A stretch of 64,000 nucleotides of DNA from Polyangia bacterium (GTDB lineage Bacteria > Myxococcota_A > Polyangia > Fen-1088). A program made the position numbers and the translations under genes. Below, piece after piece: positions 49,320-59,358 of the stretch. The number at the start of each line of letters is the position of its first letter. Within the stretch, counting starts at the first letter, position 1. The stretch spans positions 17,345 through 81,344 of the forward strand of contig DASXOE010000154.1 in assembly GCA_036494575.1 (NCBI GenBank), written 5' to 3'. The notes beneath the pieces were generated by a model. The model was not told where the DNA came from. It did not search any database and saw only the letters and a list, made by a program, of their open reading frames with translations.

Positions 49320-50179
49320 TTGGCGTAGGGGAGGCAGTCGGCGATCTTGACGTCGGGGGCGGTGCCTCCGGCGTGGGAGCGGCAGGCGTCGCAGGTGGCG
49401 GCGGAGTAGGCCGTCGCGGTGGTCGAAGGCTTGGCGGTGCCGCGCACGCAGACGAAGGGGCCGGCGAAGTCCACGCCCTGCCAGGCGCAGGCGAGCGAGC
49501 CGGCGTTGTACTCGGCGATGTTGCACGAGTGGCTGTCGCCCATGCAGCCGTCCGGGACGGTGTCGGCGGCCGGGATGTAGATCGGGTTCGTGACGTAGGC
49601 GTTGGGGTTGGCGTTGGCGGCGATGTTGGGCCAGGTGGCCAGCTCCTCGGGGGCGGGGACGCGCCAATCGGTCCAGCCGTCTTGCGCGAGCGCCGCACAG
49701 AATTTCCCGGCGCGCTTGTTGGTCATGTTCGTCGCAGAGGGGGAGCGCTGCCAGACGAGGCAGGTCTTGAGGTCCAGGAGCGACGCGCTGCCGAGCATCT
49801 GCGTGCCCGTGCCGCCGCCCGGGCAATCGACGACGGGGGCATCGCCGCCGGACGCGGGAGCTTCGGTCGCGCCCGTGTCGGTCGCCGGCCCGGTGTCGGT
49901 CGTCGCGCCAGTGTCCGCGGCCGGACCGGCGTCCGCGCCGGCCGCAGAGCCCGCGGCGCCGGCGGCCGCCCCGGCAGGCCCACCGACGCCGGCGGCGCCG
50001 ACGCCCGCCGTGGACTCACCCGCGGCGCCGCCGCTGCTCCCCGAGGCGCCGGCGCTGCCCGGATTGCCGGCGGAGTGCGTGGCGCCGCCGCATCCAGGTC
50101 CAGCGCCGAGCCACGCCGCGCACACGAGGGCGCACGCGCAGGCCATTGTCGAGCATGCTCCGTGAGCTCTCAAGCGCAC
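49316..50179 (-). CDS. Secreted DUF1566 (Lcl C-terminal domain-like) protein
   Basis: Signal peptide, Gly/Ala/Thr linker, then DLKTCLVWQRS...FCAALAQDGWTDWRVPAPEELATW, typical of DUF1566. Confidence 0.7.
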   Translation of the reverse strand: MRLRAHGACSTMACACALVCAAWLGAGPGCGGATHSAGNPGSAGASGSSGGAAGESTAGVGAAGVGGPAGAAAGAAGSAAGADAGPAADTGATTDTGPATDTGATEAPASGGDAPVVDCPGGGTGTQMLGSASLLDLKTCLVWQRSPSATNMTNKRAGKFCAALAQDGWTDWRVPAPEELATWPNIAANANPNAYVTNPIYIPAADTVPDGCMGDSHSCNIAEYNAGSLACAWQGVDFAGPFVCVRGTAKPSTTATAYSAATCDACRSHAGGTAPDVKIADCLPYAN

Positions 50180-50267
50180 CAGCCTATCGCCGCGCGACCG
50201 TCGAAGACAAGCCCACTGGGCACTTGGGCAGTGCGGCCCCTTGGAGCGGTCGGGTCGAGATAGCCGC

Positions 50268-51827
50268 TCAGCGTTCGTGCGGCATGCGGTCGCGCGGGCC
50301 GCGGAAGTACTGCATGGGCGAGTAGAAGCGGAAGTTCGAGACGCGGCTCGTGTAGACGCAGGCGTAGGCCTCGACCTGCTCGCCGAACTTGCTGATCTCG
50401 TAGCCCTCGCGGAAGAGCGGGCCCCAGTAGGGGTTGAAGGCGTGGTCGATCTCGGCCTCGAGCGTGTGGTGCTGCGCCGTCGCGGCGCGCAACTGCTTGC
50501 GCAGCGCTTCGATCATCTCCTTGACGGCCCACCGCGCGTCGACGATCTGGTCGGAGCCGGGCGTGTGGTCGCCGAGCTTCTGCAGCGCGCGCAGCGTCGT
50601 CTGGCGCTCGTTGAGCTCGGCGTCGAGGTGGATGAGCTCGGCGTCGAGGCGGTCGAGCTTCGCGAGCTCGCCGCGCAGGTGGTCGTACGTCCCGACCTCG
50701 TGCTCCATCTCCTGCAGCACCATCGCCGTGCGCCAGTTCGAGGACTTCCGCGAGCGCAGCATGTCGCCGTAGATGTGATCGCCCACGAAGAGCACGCGAT
50801 CGCCGCTGGCGCGCGCGCGCTCCTCGAAGGCCTTGAGGTTGCCGCCCTCGTAGATGCGCCCGCGCTGGAACGGGCCGTCCTGAGGCCGCGTCGTCGGCAG
50901 GCCCGCCTGGTCGAGCTCGACGAACGGGCGGTCCGCCGTGAAGAACTCGGGCTTGGCGGCGCTCACGACGACGACGTCGAAGTAGCTCTTCCAGTTCGGG
51001 TAGGCGGCGAGCGCGCCATCCAGCAGGTAGCTCATGACGGTGGTCGTGTAATCCCAGGCCGAGTTCGTGAGGAGGAAGAGCCGCTTGCCCGACGAGCGGA
51101 ACTTGTGCAGCGTCTCGGCGAGGGCGTCGTCGCGCTCGATGTACGACGGCAGCTGCGCGCTCACGATGGTCTTGATCGAGCCGTCGCGGTGCGCGAGGTC
51201 GATGCACTCGCGGATGTGTTCCCACATGGCGCCGTAGGCCGGCTTGCCGGGCGCGTCTGCGCGATCGAAGAAGTCGACGAGGCCGGCGTAGAGCACCGCC
51301 TCGGGCAGCGCGAACAGCGTGTCGATCCAGGCGTAACGCCGATTCGACAGGCGCGTGCGCTCGCGCTGGTAGAGCTCGCCAATCTTGTCGCGATTCAGAT
51401 TCGTGAGGCCGTGGCGCGCGCGGCCGGGGTAGCCGTAGCGATCGGGCTTGAAGACGTTGCCGTTCTCGCGATCGACGACCAGGCCGCGCAGCGCGAGCTG
51501 CGGGTCATAAACGAGGCCGCGGATGGCCTCGGGATAGCCCTTGGCCGTGACGAGCTTCTCCACGGTCGCGCGGATCGACAGCTCCTCGATGCTGGCCTGA
51601 TTGTAGAGCGCGAGCGTGTAGTCCATGTCGAACCCGACGAGCTCGATCTTGTCGAGGCGCAGGTTGCGGTTGACGAAGACGCGGTGCTCGCGCGGGATGT
51701 CGACCGCTCGCGGGGCCGCCTCGCCGGTCCCTGCCGCGGCTTCCATCAAGTTGTCGGGCGCCGATACCGGTTCGGGGCTCTGATTTTGGGAGAGCTTGGC
51801 GGCCGCCGCCTCCCTCGCTGTGCTCAC
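50268..51827 (-). CDS. HAD-IG family 5'-nucleotidase (cN-II-like)
   Basis: VFVNRNLRLDKIELVGFDMDYTLALY N-terminal HAD motif I and the family-typical length. Confidence 0.85.
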   Translation of the reverse strand: MSTAREAAAAKLSQNQSPEPVSAPDNLMEAAAGTGEAAPRAVDIPREHRVFVNRNLRLDKIELVGFDMDYTLALYNQASIEELSIRATVEKLVTAKGYPEAIRGLVYDPQLALRGLVVDRENGNVFKPDRYGYPGRARHGLTNLNRDKIGELYQRERTRLSNRRYAWIDTLFALPEAVLYAGLVDFFDRADAPGKPAYGAMWEHIRECIDLAHRDGSIKTIVSAQLPSYIERDDALAETLHKFRSSGKRLFLLTNSAWDYTTTVMSYLLDGALAAYPNWKSYFDVVVVSAAKPEFFTADRPFVELDQAGLPTTRPQDGPFQRGRIYEGGNLKAFEERARASGDRVLFVGDHIYGDMLRSRKSSNWRTAMVLQEMEHEVGTYDHLRGELAKLDRLDAELIHLDAELNERQTTLRALQKLGDHTPGSDQIVDARWAVKEMIEALRKQLRAATAQHHTLEAEIDHAFNPYWGPLFREGYEISKFGEQVEAYACVYTSRVSNFRFYSPMQYFRGPRDRMPHER

Positions 51828-51885
51828 CGATTTATTTTACCACCGGCGACCCCAAACCGCCCGCCCCGCGATAGAGTCGAGACGC

Positions 51886-53571
51886 GTGCGCATCGCGCTC
51901 GGACAGATCAATCCCACGATCGGGGACCTCGACGGCAATCGTCGGCTCGTGTGGGATGCCGCGCTCGAGGCCGAAGGCCGCGGCGCCGCGCTCGCGGTCT
52001 TTCCCGAGCTCGCGCTCTCGGGTTATCCGCCCAAGGATCTGCTCGAGCGCGCGGCCTTTCTCGACGCCGCGCGCGCGAGCCTCGACGGCCTCGCGCACGA
52101 GCTCGGGGCTCGCGGCGTGCGTGTGGGCGTGCTCGTGGGTTTCCCCGAGCGCCTGCCGCCGTCGCCGTCTGGGCGCGGCGTGGCCAACAGCGCCGCGCTC
52201 ATCGAGGGCGGCCGCGTCGTGTCCGTGACGCGCAAGTCGCTCCTGCCCACCTACGACGTCTTCGACGAGTGGCGCTACTTCGACGCCGCCACCGAGGTGG
52301 CCGCCGTGCCGTTCCGCGGGCGTCGTCTCGGCGTCACGATCTGCGAGGACATCTGGAACGACGGCGACTTCTGGCCGCATCGCCTCTACCGCGCGGATCC
52401 CGTCGAGGCGCTCGTCGCCGCCGGCGCCGACGTCATCGTGAACATCTCGGCGTCGCCGTACTCGATCGAGAAGCGTCACCTTCGGCCGCGCATGCTGGCC
52501 GCGACGGCGCGGCGCTGGGCGCGGCCGCTCGTCTTCGTCAACCAAGTGGGCGGACAGGACGACCTCGTCTTCGACGGCGCCAGCCTCGGGCTCGACGCGC
52601 GCGGTGAGGTCATCGCGCGCGGCCCCGAGCACGGCAGCGCCGTCGTGCTCGTCGACGTCGACGCCGGGACCGGCGACCTCGGGGCTTTCGACGCTCGGGA
52701 CGAACGCTCGGCCTTGGGCGCGCTCACGCTCGGCACGCGCGACTACGCGCGGCGGTGCGGCTTCTCGCGCGCGTTGCTCGGCCTTTCGGGCGGCATCGAC
52801 TCGGCGCTCGTGGCCTGCGTCGCGGCGCGCGCGCTCGGCCCGCGCAACGTGCTGGGCGTCGCCATGCCGTCGCGCTTCTCGTCGGAGGGCTCGCGGCGCG
52901 ACGCCGAGGCGCTCGCGCGCGCGCTCGGCATCGAGCTCGCGACGATCCCCATCGAGCCGATGTTCGCGCCGTACCTCGAGACGCTGCGGGCGCCGCTCGA
53001 GGCCTTCGCGCCCGCGCAGGCGCCGGCCGCGGCGGCGGAGGCGGCGCAGCTCACGTCCGAGAACCTGCAGGCGCGCATCCGCGGGGCCATCCTCATGGCC
53101 CTGTCCAATCGCCAGGATCGCCTGCTGCTCACGACGGGAAACAAGAGCGAGATCGCGACGGGCTACTGCACGCTCTACGGCGACATGGCCGGCGGCCTGG
53201 CCGTCATCAGCGACGCGCCCAAGACGCTCGTCTATCGCCTGGCCCGCGCCGTGAACGCCGAGGCGCCCGTCATTCCCGAGTCGACGCTCACGAAGGCGCC
53301 GTCGGCCGAGCTGCGCCCCGACCAGACCGACCAGGATTCGTTGCCGCCGTACGACGTGCTCGACGCGATCCTCGAGGCGCACCTCGTCGAAGGCAAGGAT
53401 ACCGAAGCCCTCGTGGCCGCCGGCTTCGAGCGCGCCGTCGTCACCGACGTCGTGCGCCGCGTGCGCGCGAGCGAGTACAAGCGCCGCCAGATGCCGCCCG
53501 GCCTCAAGATCACGGGCAAGGCCTTCGGCCCCGGCCGCCGCTACCCGATCGCCGCCGCCTGGAAAGGCTGA
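51886..53571 (+). CDS. nadE: Glutamine-dependent NAD+ synthetase
   Basis: N-terminal CN-hydrolase domain (RIALGQINPTIGD, FPELALSGYPP, ICEDIW) and C-terminal NAD synthetase domain (GLSGGIDSAL). GTG start at 51886 preferred over the upstream TTG. Confidence 0.9.
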   Translation: MRIALGQINPTIGDLDGNRRLVWDAALEAEGRGAALAVFPELALSGYPPKDLLERAAFLDAARASLDGLAHELGARGVRVGVLVGFPERLPPSPSGRGVANSAALIEGGRVVSVTRKSLLPTYDVFDEWRYFDAATEVAAVPFRGRRLGVTICEDIWNDGDFWPHRLYRADPVEALVAAGADVIVNISASPYSIEKRHLRPRMLAATARRWARPLVFVNQVGGQDDLVFDGASLGLDARGEVIARGPEHGSAVVLVDVDAGTGDLGAFDARDERSALGALTLGTRDYARRCGFSRALLGLSGGIDSALVACVAARALGPRNVLGVAMPSRFSSEGSRRDAEALARALGIELATIPIEPMFAPYLETLRAPLEAFAPAQAPAAAAEAAQLTSENLQARIRGAILMALSNRQDRLLLTTGNKSEIATGYCTLYGDMAGGLAVISDAPKTLVYRLARAVNAEAPVIPESTLTKAPSAELRPDQTDQDSLPPYDVLDAILEAHLVEGKDTEALVAAGFERAVVTDVVRRVRASEYKRRQMPPGLKITGKAFGPGRRYPIAAAWKG

Positions 53572-53685
53572 GGCGAAGGGCCGAGCGGCCCAAGCGGCCG
53601 GCGTCGGGCCGGTCATCCGCGCGCCGTTGAATCCGCCGCCGCGAGCCTGTATCGTGCGCGCGCTTTCCGCGAAGGAGATTCAGGC

Positions 53686-54756
53686 ATGCGCGCGCTCATT
53701 TGTGTTCTGCCGGGGGATGGGATCGGGCCCGAGGTCACGACCGAGGCCGTCGGCGTCCTCGAGGCCGTCGCCCAGGCGAACGGGCACACGTTCGAGACGC
53801 GCGAGGCGCTCATCGGCGGCGCCGCCATCGACGCCACGGGCTCGGCGCTGCCGCCCGCGACGCTCGAGCTCGCGCGCCAGGCCGACGCCGTGCTCCTCGG
53901 CGCCGTGGGCGGGCCCAAGTGGGATGACCCGCGCGCCAAGGTGAGGCCGGAGCAGGGCCTGCTCGCGATCCGCAAGGGGCTCGGTCTTTACGCCAACCTG
54001 CGCCCCGTGGCCGTCAAGCCGCTGCTCATGCGCGCGTCGCCGCTGCGCCCCGAGCTGCTCGCGGGGGTCGACATGGTCGTCGTGCGCGAGCTCACGGGCG
54101 GCATCTACTTCGGCGAGAAGAAGCGCGACAAAGACAGCGCCTCCGACCTGTGCGTCTACACCGAGGGCGAGGTCGAGCGCATCGTGCGCAGCGCCGCGCG
54201 CATCGCGCAGGGACGCCGCAAGAAGCTGTGCTCGGTCGACAAGGCCAACGTCCTCGAGACGTCGCGCCTGTGGCGCGAGGTCGCGGCGCGCGTCGTCGCG
54301 AAGGAGTTCCCGGACCTGCAGCTCACGAACATGCTCGTCGACGCCTGCGCCATGCACCTCATCCGACGCCCGGCCGACTTCGACGTCATCGTCACGGAGA
54401 ACATGTTCGGCGACATCCTCACCGACGAGGCGTCGATGCTCGCCGGGTCGATGGGCATGCTGCCGTCGGCGTCGCTCGGCGACGGCAAGCGCGGCCTCTA
54501 CGAGCCCATTCACGGCTCGGCGCCCGACATCGCGGGCAAGGGCGTCGCGAACCCGTACGCGACGATCCTCAGCCTCGCGATGCTGCTCCGCCACTCCCTT
54601 GGGCTCGAGGCCGAGGCGCGCGCGGTCGAGGCGGCCGTCGACGCCGCGATCGTCGCCGGCATTCTGCCCGCTGACGTTGCGGCGCCCGGCGCCAAACCGG
54701 CGACGACGAGCGAGGCCGGCACGGCCGTGCGGCAGGCGTTGCACGCGGCGCGCTGA
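53686..54756 (+). CDS. leuB: 3-isopropylmalate dehydrogenase
   Basis: Full-length match ([40 protein letters not shown]). Confidence 0.95.
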   Translation: MRALICVLPGDGIGPEVTTEAVGVLEAVAQANGHTFETREALIGGAAIDATGSALPPATLELARQADAVLLGAVGGPKWDDPRAKVRPEQGLLAIRKGLGLYANLRPVAVKPLLMRASPLRPELLAGVDMVVVRELTGGIYFGEKKRDKDSASDLCVYTEGEVERIVRSAARIAQGRRKKLCSVDKANVLETSRLWREVAARVVAKEFPDLQLTNMLVDACAMHLIRRPADFDVIVTENMFGDILTDEASMLAGSMGMLPSASLGDGKRGLYEPIHGSAPDIAGKGVANPYATILSLAMLLRHSLGLEAEARAVEAAVDAAIVAGILPADVAAPGAKPATTSEAGTAVRQALHAAR

Positions 54757-55118
54757 GCCCGCCCGTAGGGACAACTCCGGAGCCGCCGCGCCGAGCGTGT
54801 GGGCGCAGGTGCGATGGAGTCGCCGTTGCGGCTCCATTTCAGACGTCGCCGGCCGGCGAAGTGCGCAGGTGTCTCGACATCGCTCAGGCGGGTTGTTAGC
54901 CTGGGAATGTCAGAGGGTCTTGCGTGCTGTGTTCGTCGATGCAGGTGCAGCTGCCTTTCCCGGCGGCGCCCGTTCTCCAGGACCCTCGCAGGGCATTTTC
55001 GGCGCGTGCGCGCAGCTTGCCGCCGTCGCGCCTGTGCTTCCCTGCGTGAAGATTCGACTGAAAGTTTGAGCCCGAAGCGCGCGTCGCGAATCCGAGTGAA
55101 TGAACGAAGGAGAACGAG
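54757..55118 (+). promoter_or_regulatory. Long (~360 nt) leader/promoter region upstream of the glycine-rich RRM RNA-binding protein gene
   Basis: Unusually long non-coding gap for this genome. The AT-richer 3' part ends in GAAGGAGAA (SD). No ORF with coding character. Confidence 0.3.
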
Positions 55119-55538
55119 ATGGGAACGAGGCTATACGTCGGGAATTTGTCGTACAACGTGACCGAGCCCGAGCTGCGTGACGTCTTCGCCGAAGGCGGCA
55201 AGAACGTCGTCGAGGTGAAGGTGGTGATGGATCGAGAGACGGGCCGTCCACGCGGATTCGCCTTCGTCGAGATGGGAAGCGATGAGGAGGCCTCGCAGGC
55301 CATCCAGACGCTGACCGGTCGAGAGATCCAGGGCCGCGCTATCAACGTCAGCGAAGCACGCGAGCGCGCGCCGCGCAGCGGTGGCGGCGGCGGTGGTGGC
55401 TACGGCGGCGGCGGCGGCGGTGGCGGCTACGGCGGCGGTGGTGGCGGGGGCCGCGGCCGCGGCGGCGGCGGCGAGTATGGCGGCGGCGGCGAAGGCCGTG
55501 GCCGCGGCGGCGGTGGCGGTCGACGGGGCGGCTGGTAA
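55119..55538 (+). CDS. RRM-type RNA-binding protein with a Gly-rich (RGG/YGG) C-terminal tail
   Basis: RNP-2 (LYVGNL) and RNP-1 (RGFAFVEM) motifs. C-terminal GGYGGGGGG repeats. Confidence 0.9.
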   Translation: MGTRLYVGNLSYNVTEPELRDVFAEGGKNVVEVKVVMDRETGRPRGFAFVEMGSDEEASQAIQTLTGREIQGRAINVSEARERAPRSGGGGGGGYGGGGGGGGYGGGGGGGRGRGGGGEYGGGGEGRGRGGGGGRRGGW

Positions 55539-55614
55539 GGGGCGTTCGCTCCGCTCGCTTCGCGAAAGGGGCTTTGCCCCTCTCGCGGGCTCTCCCCGTT
55601 TCGTAAGGCGAGCC

Positions 55615-55640
55615 GGCCCAGCGGAGCTGGGCCTCTCGTC
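55615..55640 (+). terminator. 8-bp GC hairpin (ggcccagc gga gctgggcc) followed by tctcgtc, downstream of the RRM gene; a smaller hairpin (aggggctttgcccct) precedes it
   Basis: Seen directly in the sequence. Confidence 0.4.
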
Positions 55641-55709
55641 AGTGAACCTGCTCGCGAGCGCCCTGCGTCGATTGTCGGTTCGGCGGATCTGGGAGAGACT
55701 GCCGAGATC

Positions 55710-56540
55710 ATGGATCGACGAGGGTTCGTCAGGACATTGCGTGACGGGGTGAGCGGCAGCTTCCTCGTGGGAGGGCTCGGCGGAGCGGTCGTCGGCGGTG
55801 GGGCCGTGGGTGCTTACGTCGCGAACGACCGCCTGAGGCGGATCGGCAAGTGGTCCTACGCGCAGCAGGGCGAAGACCTCGTGGTCGAGAACGTGCTCGG
55901 CGCGATCGGCGTCAAGGGGCCGATCACGTACCTCGACATCGGCGCGTTCGATCCGGTGTTCGACAGCAATACCTTCGCGTTCTACGAGGCGGGTGGCCAC
56001 GGCGTCCTCGTCGAGCCAAACCCCGTCAAGATCGACCGGCTGAAGAGTGCGCGGCCCCGCGACAAGACGCTCAACGTCGGCGTCGGCCTGTCCGCCGAGC
56101 CGACGACCGGCGACTACTACGTGATCGGCGGGACGAGCGGCGGCCTCCTCAACACGTTCTCGAAGGAAGACGCCGAGGACGTTCAGACCAAGAGCCACGG
56201 CCAGCGTGCCATAGAGAAGGTCCTGAAGCTGCCGCTCGTGAACATCAACACGCTCATGCGCGAGCAATTTGCGGGCGCGCCCAACTTTCTGTCCATCGAC
56301 ACCGAGGGGCTGGACCTCGGCATCCTCAAGACGATGGACTTCGATCGCTACCGTCCGGACGTCATCTGCGTCGAGACCCTGGAGGTCGGCGGCGATGCCG
56401 TCAGCGTCGACATCCTTCGCCTGCTCGAATCGAAGCGCTATTCCGCGCGCGGCGCGACGTTCGTCAACACCATCTTCGTCGACGATCGCCACCTCTCCAA
56501 GCCGGGTCCGCTGACCGCTCCGCTACGCCCGAAGACGTAG
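55710..56540 (+). CDS. FkbM-family methyltransferase
   Basis: N-terminal TM. SYAQQGEDLVVENVL...TYLDIGAFDPVFDSNT...GVLVEPNP pattern typical of FkbM-type MTases. Confidence 0.75.
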   Translation: MDRRGFVRTLRDGVSGSFLVGGLGGAVVGGGAVGAYVANDRLRRIGKWSYAQQGEDLVVENVLGAIGVKGPITYLDIGAFDPVFDSNTFAFYEAGGHGVLVEPNPVKIDRLKSARPRDKTLNVGVGLSAEPTTGDYYVIGGTSGGLLNTFSKEDAEDVQTKSHGQRAIEKVLKLPLVNINTLMREQFAGAPNFLSIDTEGLDLGILKTMDFDRYRPDVICVETLEVGGDAVSVDILRLLESKRYSARGATFVNTIFVDDRHLSKPGPLTAPLRPKT

Positions 56541-56571
56541 CCTCCGAAGACGCAGCGTCGGGCTGAAAGCG

Positions 56572-57267
56572 TCAGGCGAGGGCGCGCAGACCTTCGGGAT
56601 CCGCGAGGATGACCTTGCGGCCTTCCGTCTGGATGAGGCCCTTGCGCTTGAACTGCGAGAGCGTGAGCGACACCGTCTCTCGCGTCGAGCCGATGAGGTT
56701 CGCCATCTCTTGGTGCGTGATCTTGAGCCCGACCACGAGCCCCCGCGCGTCGGCGATGCCGTGCTCCGCGCCCAGGCTCAGCAGCAGCTCGGCGAGCTTC
56801 GAGCCCACGTCCTTGAAGATGAGCTGCTCGACGCGCGTCTCCAGATCCTTGCGGCGCGCGATGAGCGCGCGCGCGAACTTGTAGGCCGTCGTGCCGTTCG
56901 TGCGCAGCAGCTGATCGAGCAGCTCCCGATCGACCTCGACGGTGACCGAGGCGTCCATGGCCTCCGCCATCTCCTCGCGCGGGCCGCCCTCGAGCAGGCA
57001 CGGCTCACCGAAGAAATCGCCCTCGGTGCGATACGCGAGCGTCAGCTCTTTTCCGTCGCGCGTGACCTTCGAGATCTTGATGCGGCCGCTCGTGAGGAAG
57101 TGAACGGCCTGCGCGCGATCGCCGGGAAGGTAGATGACCTGGCGCGGTCGATAGGTGCCGATCTTGATGTTCGGCGCCAGGGCCGCGAGCGCCTCGACGG
57201 GGATGTCGGACAGCACGTCGCACTTTTTGATCAGGCCGAGCGCGCGCTTGTCTTCACCGTTTGTCAT
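56572..57267 (-). CDS. Crp/Fnr-family transcriptional regulator
   Basis: cNMP-binding domain (YLPGDRAQAVHFLTSGRIKIS...GDFFGE) and a C-terminal HTH (THQEMANLIGSTRETVSLTL). Confidence 0.85.
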   Translation of the reverse strand: MTNGEDKRALGLIKKCDVLSDIPVEALAALAPNIKIGTYRPRQVIYLPGDRAQAVHFLTSGRIKISKVTRDGKELTLAYRTEGDFFGEPCLLEGGPREEMAEAMDASVTVEVDRELLDQLLRTNGTTAYKFARALIARRKDLETRVEQLIFKDVGSKLAELLLSLGAEHGIADARGLVVGLKITHQEMANLIGSTRETVSLTLSQFKRKGLIQTEGRKVILADPEGLRALA

Positions 57268-57333
57268 CGCAACTTCACCCACACTGTGGGTTTTATCAGT
57301 ACCCAGCGCTCCGAACAACAATCGTGAACTGCG

Positions 57334-59358
57334 CTACACAGCGGGCGCCTTCGGTCTTCTGCCCCGCACCAGCAAGCTCCCCACGGCAAGGACGGCCATC
57401 CCCGCTGCGAACAGGCTGACTTGTGCGCGGCGGCTCATGTCGCCCGCCGAGCCGACGGCCCCGTCATGGACGAGGAGGATGAGACAAGCATTGTTGACGA
57501 AGTGAGCGAGCATCGCCGGCACGATGGAGTCGGCCTCGAGCGCGATGAGCGACAGCACGACGCCGAGCAGACCCGTGGGCAAGAGCCGCCAGAGGTCGAC
57601 GTGGAAGAGGCCGAAGAGCGTCCCCGTGAGGACCGCCGAGGTCAGGCGCGGGAGCTTGGCGGCGAAGCCGCGCAGGATGACGCCGCGAAACAGCGCCTCC
57701 TCGCAGACGGCCGGTGTGAGGGCCACGAGCGCGAGCGTGAGCGCGAGCCCGCGGCCGCCCTGCGGCGCGACCAGCCGGCGCAGGCTCTCGACGAGCTCGG
57801 GCGGCGGGGGGACGAGCCACTCGGCGAGGAGGCCGACGACGGCCCACGCCGAGGCCCCGATGAGAAACGCGCCCGCCAGGACGCGCAAGGGCACGCGCCG
57901 CACGCGAAGGACGTCGATGAGGCGCTGGCCCGTGCCGCGCGCGTAGAGCACGACGAGACCGAGGACGCCGACCCACTCGGAGAGCACGAGGCCGGGGACG
58001 AGCCGCCAGGACTGCAGCGGGATGAAGACGAAGAAGAGCAAGACGTAGCCGAGGCCGAAGACGCCGAGCGCTTGGCCCGGCGAAGGCGACGGCGCGAGCA
58101 CCGAGGCGCCGGCGACGGCCACGCCGCCGCCGTTTCCGGCGGCATGGCCCCCGCGGATCGACAGGAGCCGGCGCACCCAGGCGCCGAGCGGCAGCGCGCC
58201 CTCGTCGGCTGCGAGGAGGCGTTCTGAGTCGTAGAGGCGCGCGGCGAGCGTGAGCGCGAGCGCCCCGAAGGCGAGCGTGCTCGCGACGACGAGGAGCGCC
58301 GCGCCGGCCGTGGCCTTGCCGAGGATGAGATCGCGCGCGAGCAGCGTGACGTTGACGCCTGGCACGATCGCCGCGGCGGCCGTGAGGTCCCAGTCGCCGA
58401 GGCCCGCGATGAGGGACGGCGTGAAGCACAAGAAGTAAACCGGCGTCAGCAGCGTCTGCGCCTCCTTGAAGCTGCGCGCCATGGCGCCGATCGCCACCAT
58501 GACGGCGGCGAACAGGAAGGCCGCCGGCACGACGACGATCAGCGTCGAGGCCGCGCGCGTCCAAGGGATCGCCACGGGCGTCGTCGCGCCCACGAGGCGG
58601 ATGCCCTCGACCATCGTGAGCGACATCGAGGTCATGTTGAGCAGTCCCGTGATCGTCGAGAGCGTCGCCACGGCGATGACCTTGCCCGTCATGAGATCGA
58701 ACCGGCTCACGGGCGCCGAGAGGATCGTCTCGAGCGTGCCGCGCTCGCGCTCGCCGGCCGTGATGTCGATGGCTGGATAGAACGCGCCCAGCATGATCAT
58801 GACGACGACGATGAGCGGCAGCAGCTTCGAGAGCACGTAGCCGCCCACGCGCGCGCGCGGCGCGACGCTCTGATCCTCGAGCGCGAAGAGCGGGGCGCAG
58901 CCCGGCGCGAGGACGCCGCCCAGCGCCGCGCCCACGCGGTCGTGCGCCTGGCGCGACTCGTCGCGGGCCTCGTCGTAGACCAGACGGACGCGCGCCTCGC
59001 CGCGCGGGCCCGCCTCGACCTCGGCGACGGCGTCGAGCACGCCCGACTCGACGGTGGCGCGATCGGCGGCGGCGTCGGCGCGGCCGACGCCCGCGAGCAC
59101 GCCCGCGTCGAACTCCCGGGCGTCCGCCTGCAGGCGCGCGCGCACGGCCGCGGCGGCCGAGAGGGGCCCGACGACGGCGACGCGCGAGCGGCGCGCCTGG
59201 CCGCGCGCCGTGTGGCTCGACATGACCTGCGCCATGAGCAGCGAGACGAGCGGGTAGACGACGAGTGGGAAGAGCACCATTACGACGAGGGTGCGGCGAT
59301 CGCGCAGCGTCTCGCGGAGCTCCTTGGCGGCGACGAGGCCGACGTCTGACAGCTTCAC
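57334..59358 (-). CDS. Fusion of an ABC-2 type (NatB-like) permease and a C-terminal CPBP (CAAX protease / bacteriocin-processing) intramembrane metalloprotease domain
   Basis: N-terminal half is an ABC-2 permease with a large extracytoplasmic loop. C-terminal half carries the CPBP motifs EEALFRG, FGLFH and HFVNN. Confidence 0.8.
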   Translation of the reverse strand: MKLSDVGLVAAKELRETLRDRRTLVVMVLFPLVVYPLVSLLMAQVMSSHTARGQARRSRVAVVGPLSAAAAVRARLQADAREFDAGVLAGVGRADAAADRATVESGVLDAVAEVEAGPRGEARVRLVYDEARDESRQAHDRVGAALGGVLAPGCAPLFALEDQSVAPRARVGGYVLSKLLPLIVVVMIMLGAFYPAIDITAGERERGTLETILSAPVSRFDLMTGKVIAVATLSTITGLLNMTSMSLTMVEGIRLVGATTPVAIPWTRAASTLIVVVPAAFLFAAVMVAIGAMARSFKEAQTLLTPVYFLCFTPSLIAGLGDWDLTAAAAIVPGVNVTLLARDLILGKATAGAALLVVASTLAFGALALTLAARLYDSERLLAADEGALPLGAWVRRLLSIRGGHAAGNGGGVAVAGASVLAPSPSPGQALGVFGLGYVLLFFVFIPLQSWRLVPGLVLSEWVGVLGLVVLYARGTGQRLIDVLRVRRVPLRVLAGAFLIGASAWAVVGLLAEWLVPPPPELVESLRRLVAPQGGRGLALTLALVALTPAVCEEALFRGVILRGFAAKLPRLTSAVLTGTLFGLFHVDLWRLLPTGLLGVVLSLIALEADSIVPAMLAHFVNNACLILLVHDGAVGSAGDMSRRAQVSLFAAGMAVLAVGSLLVRGRRPKAPAV

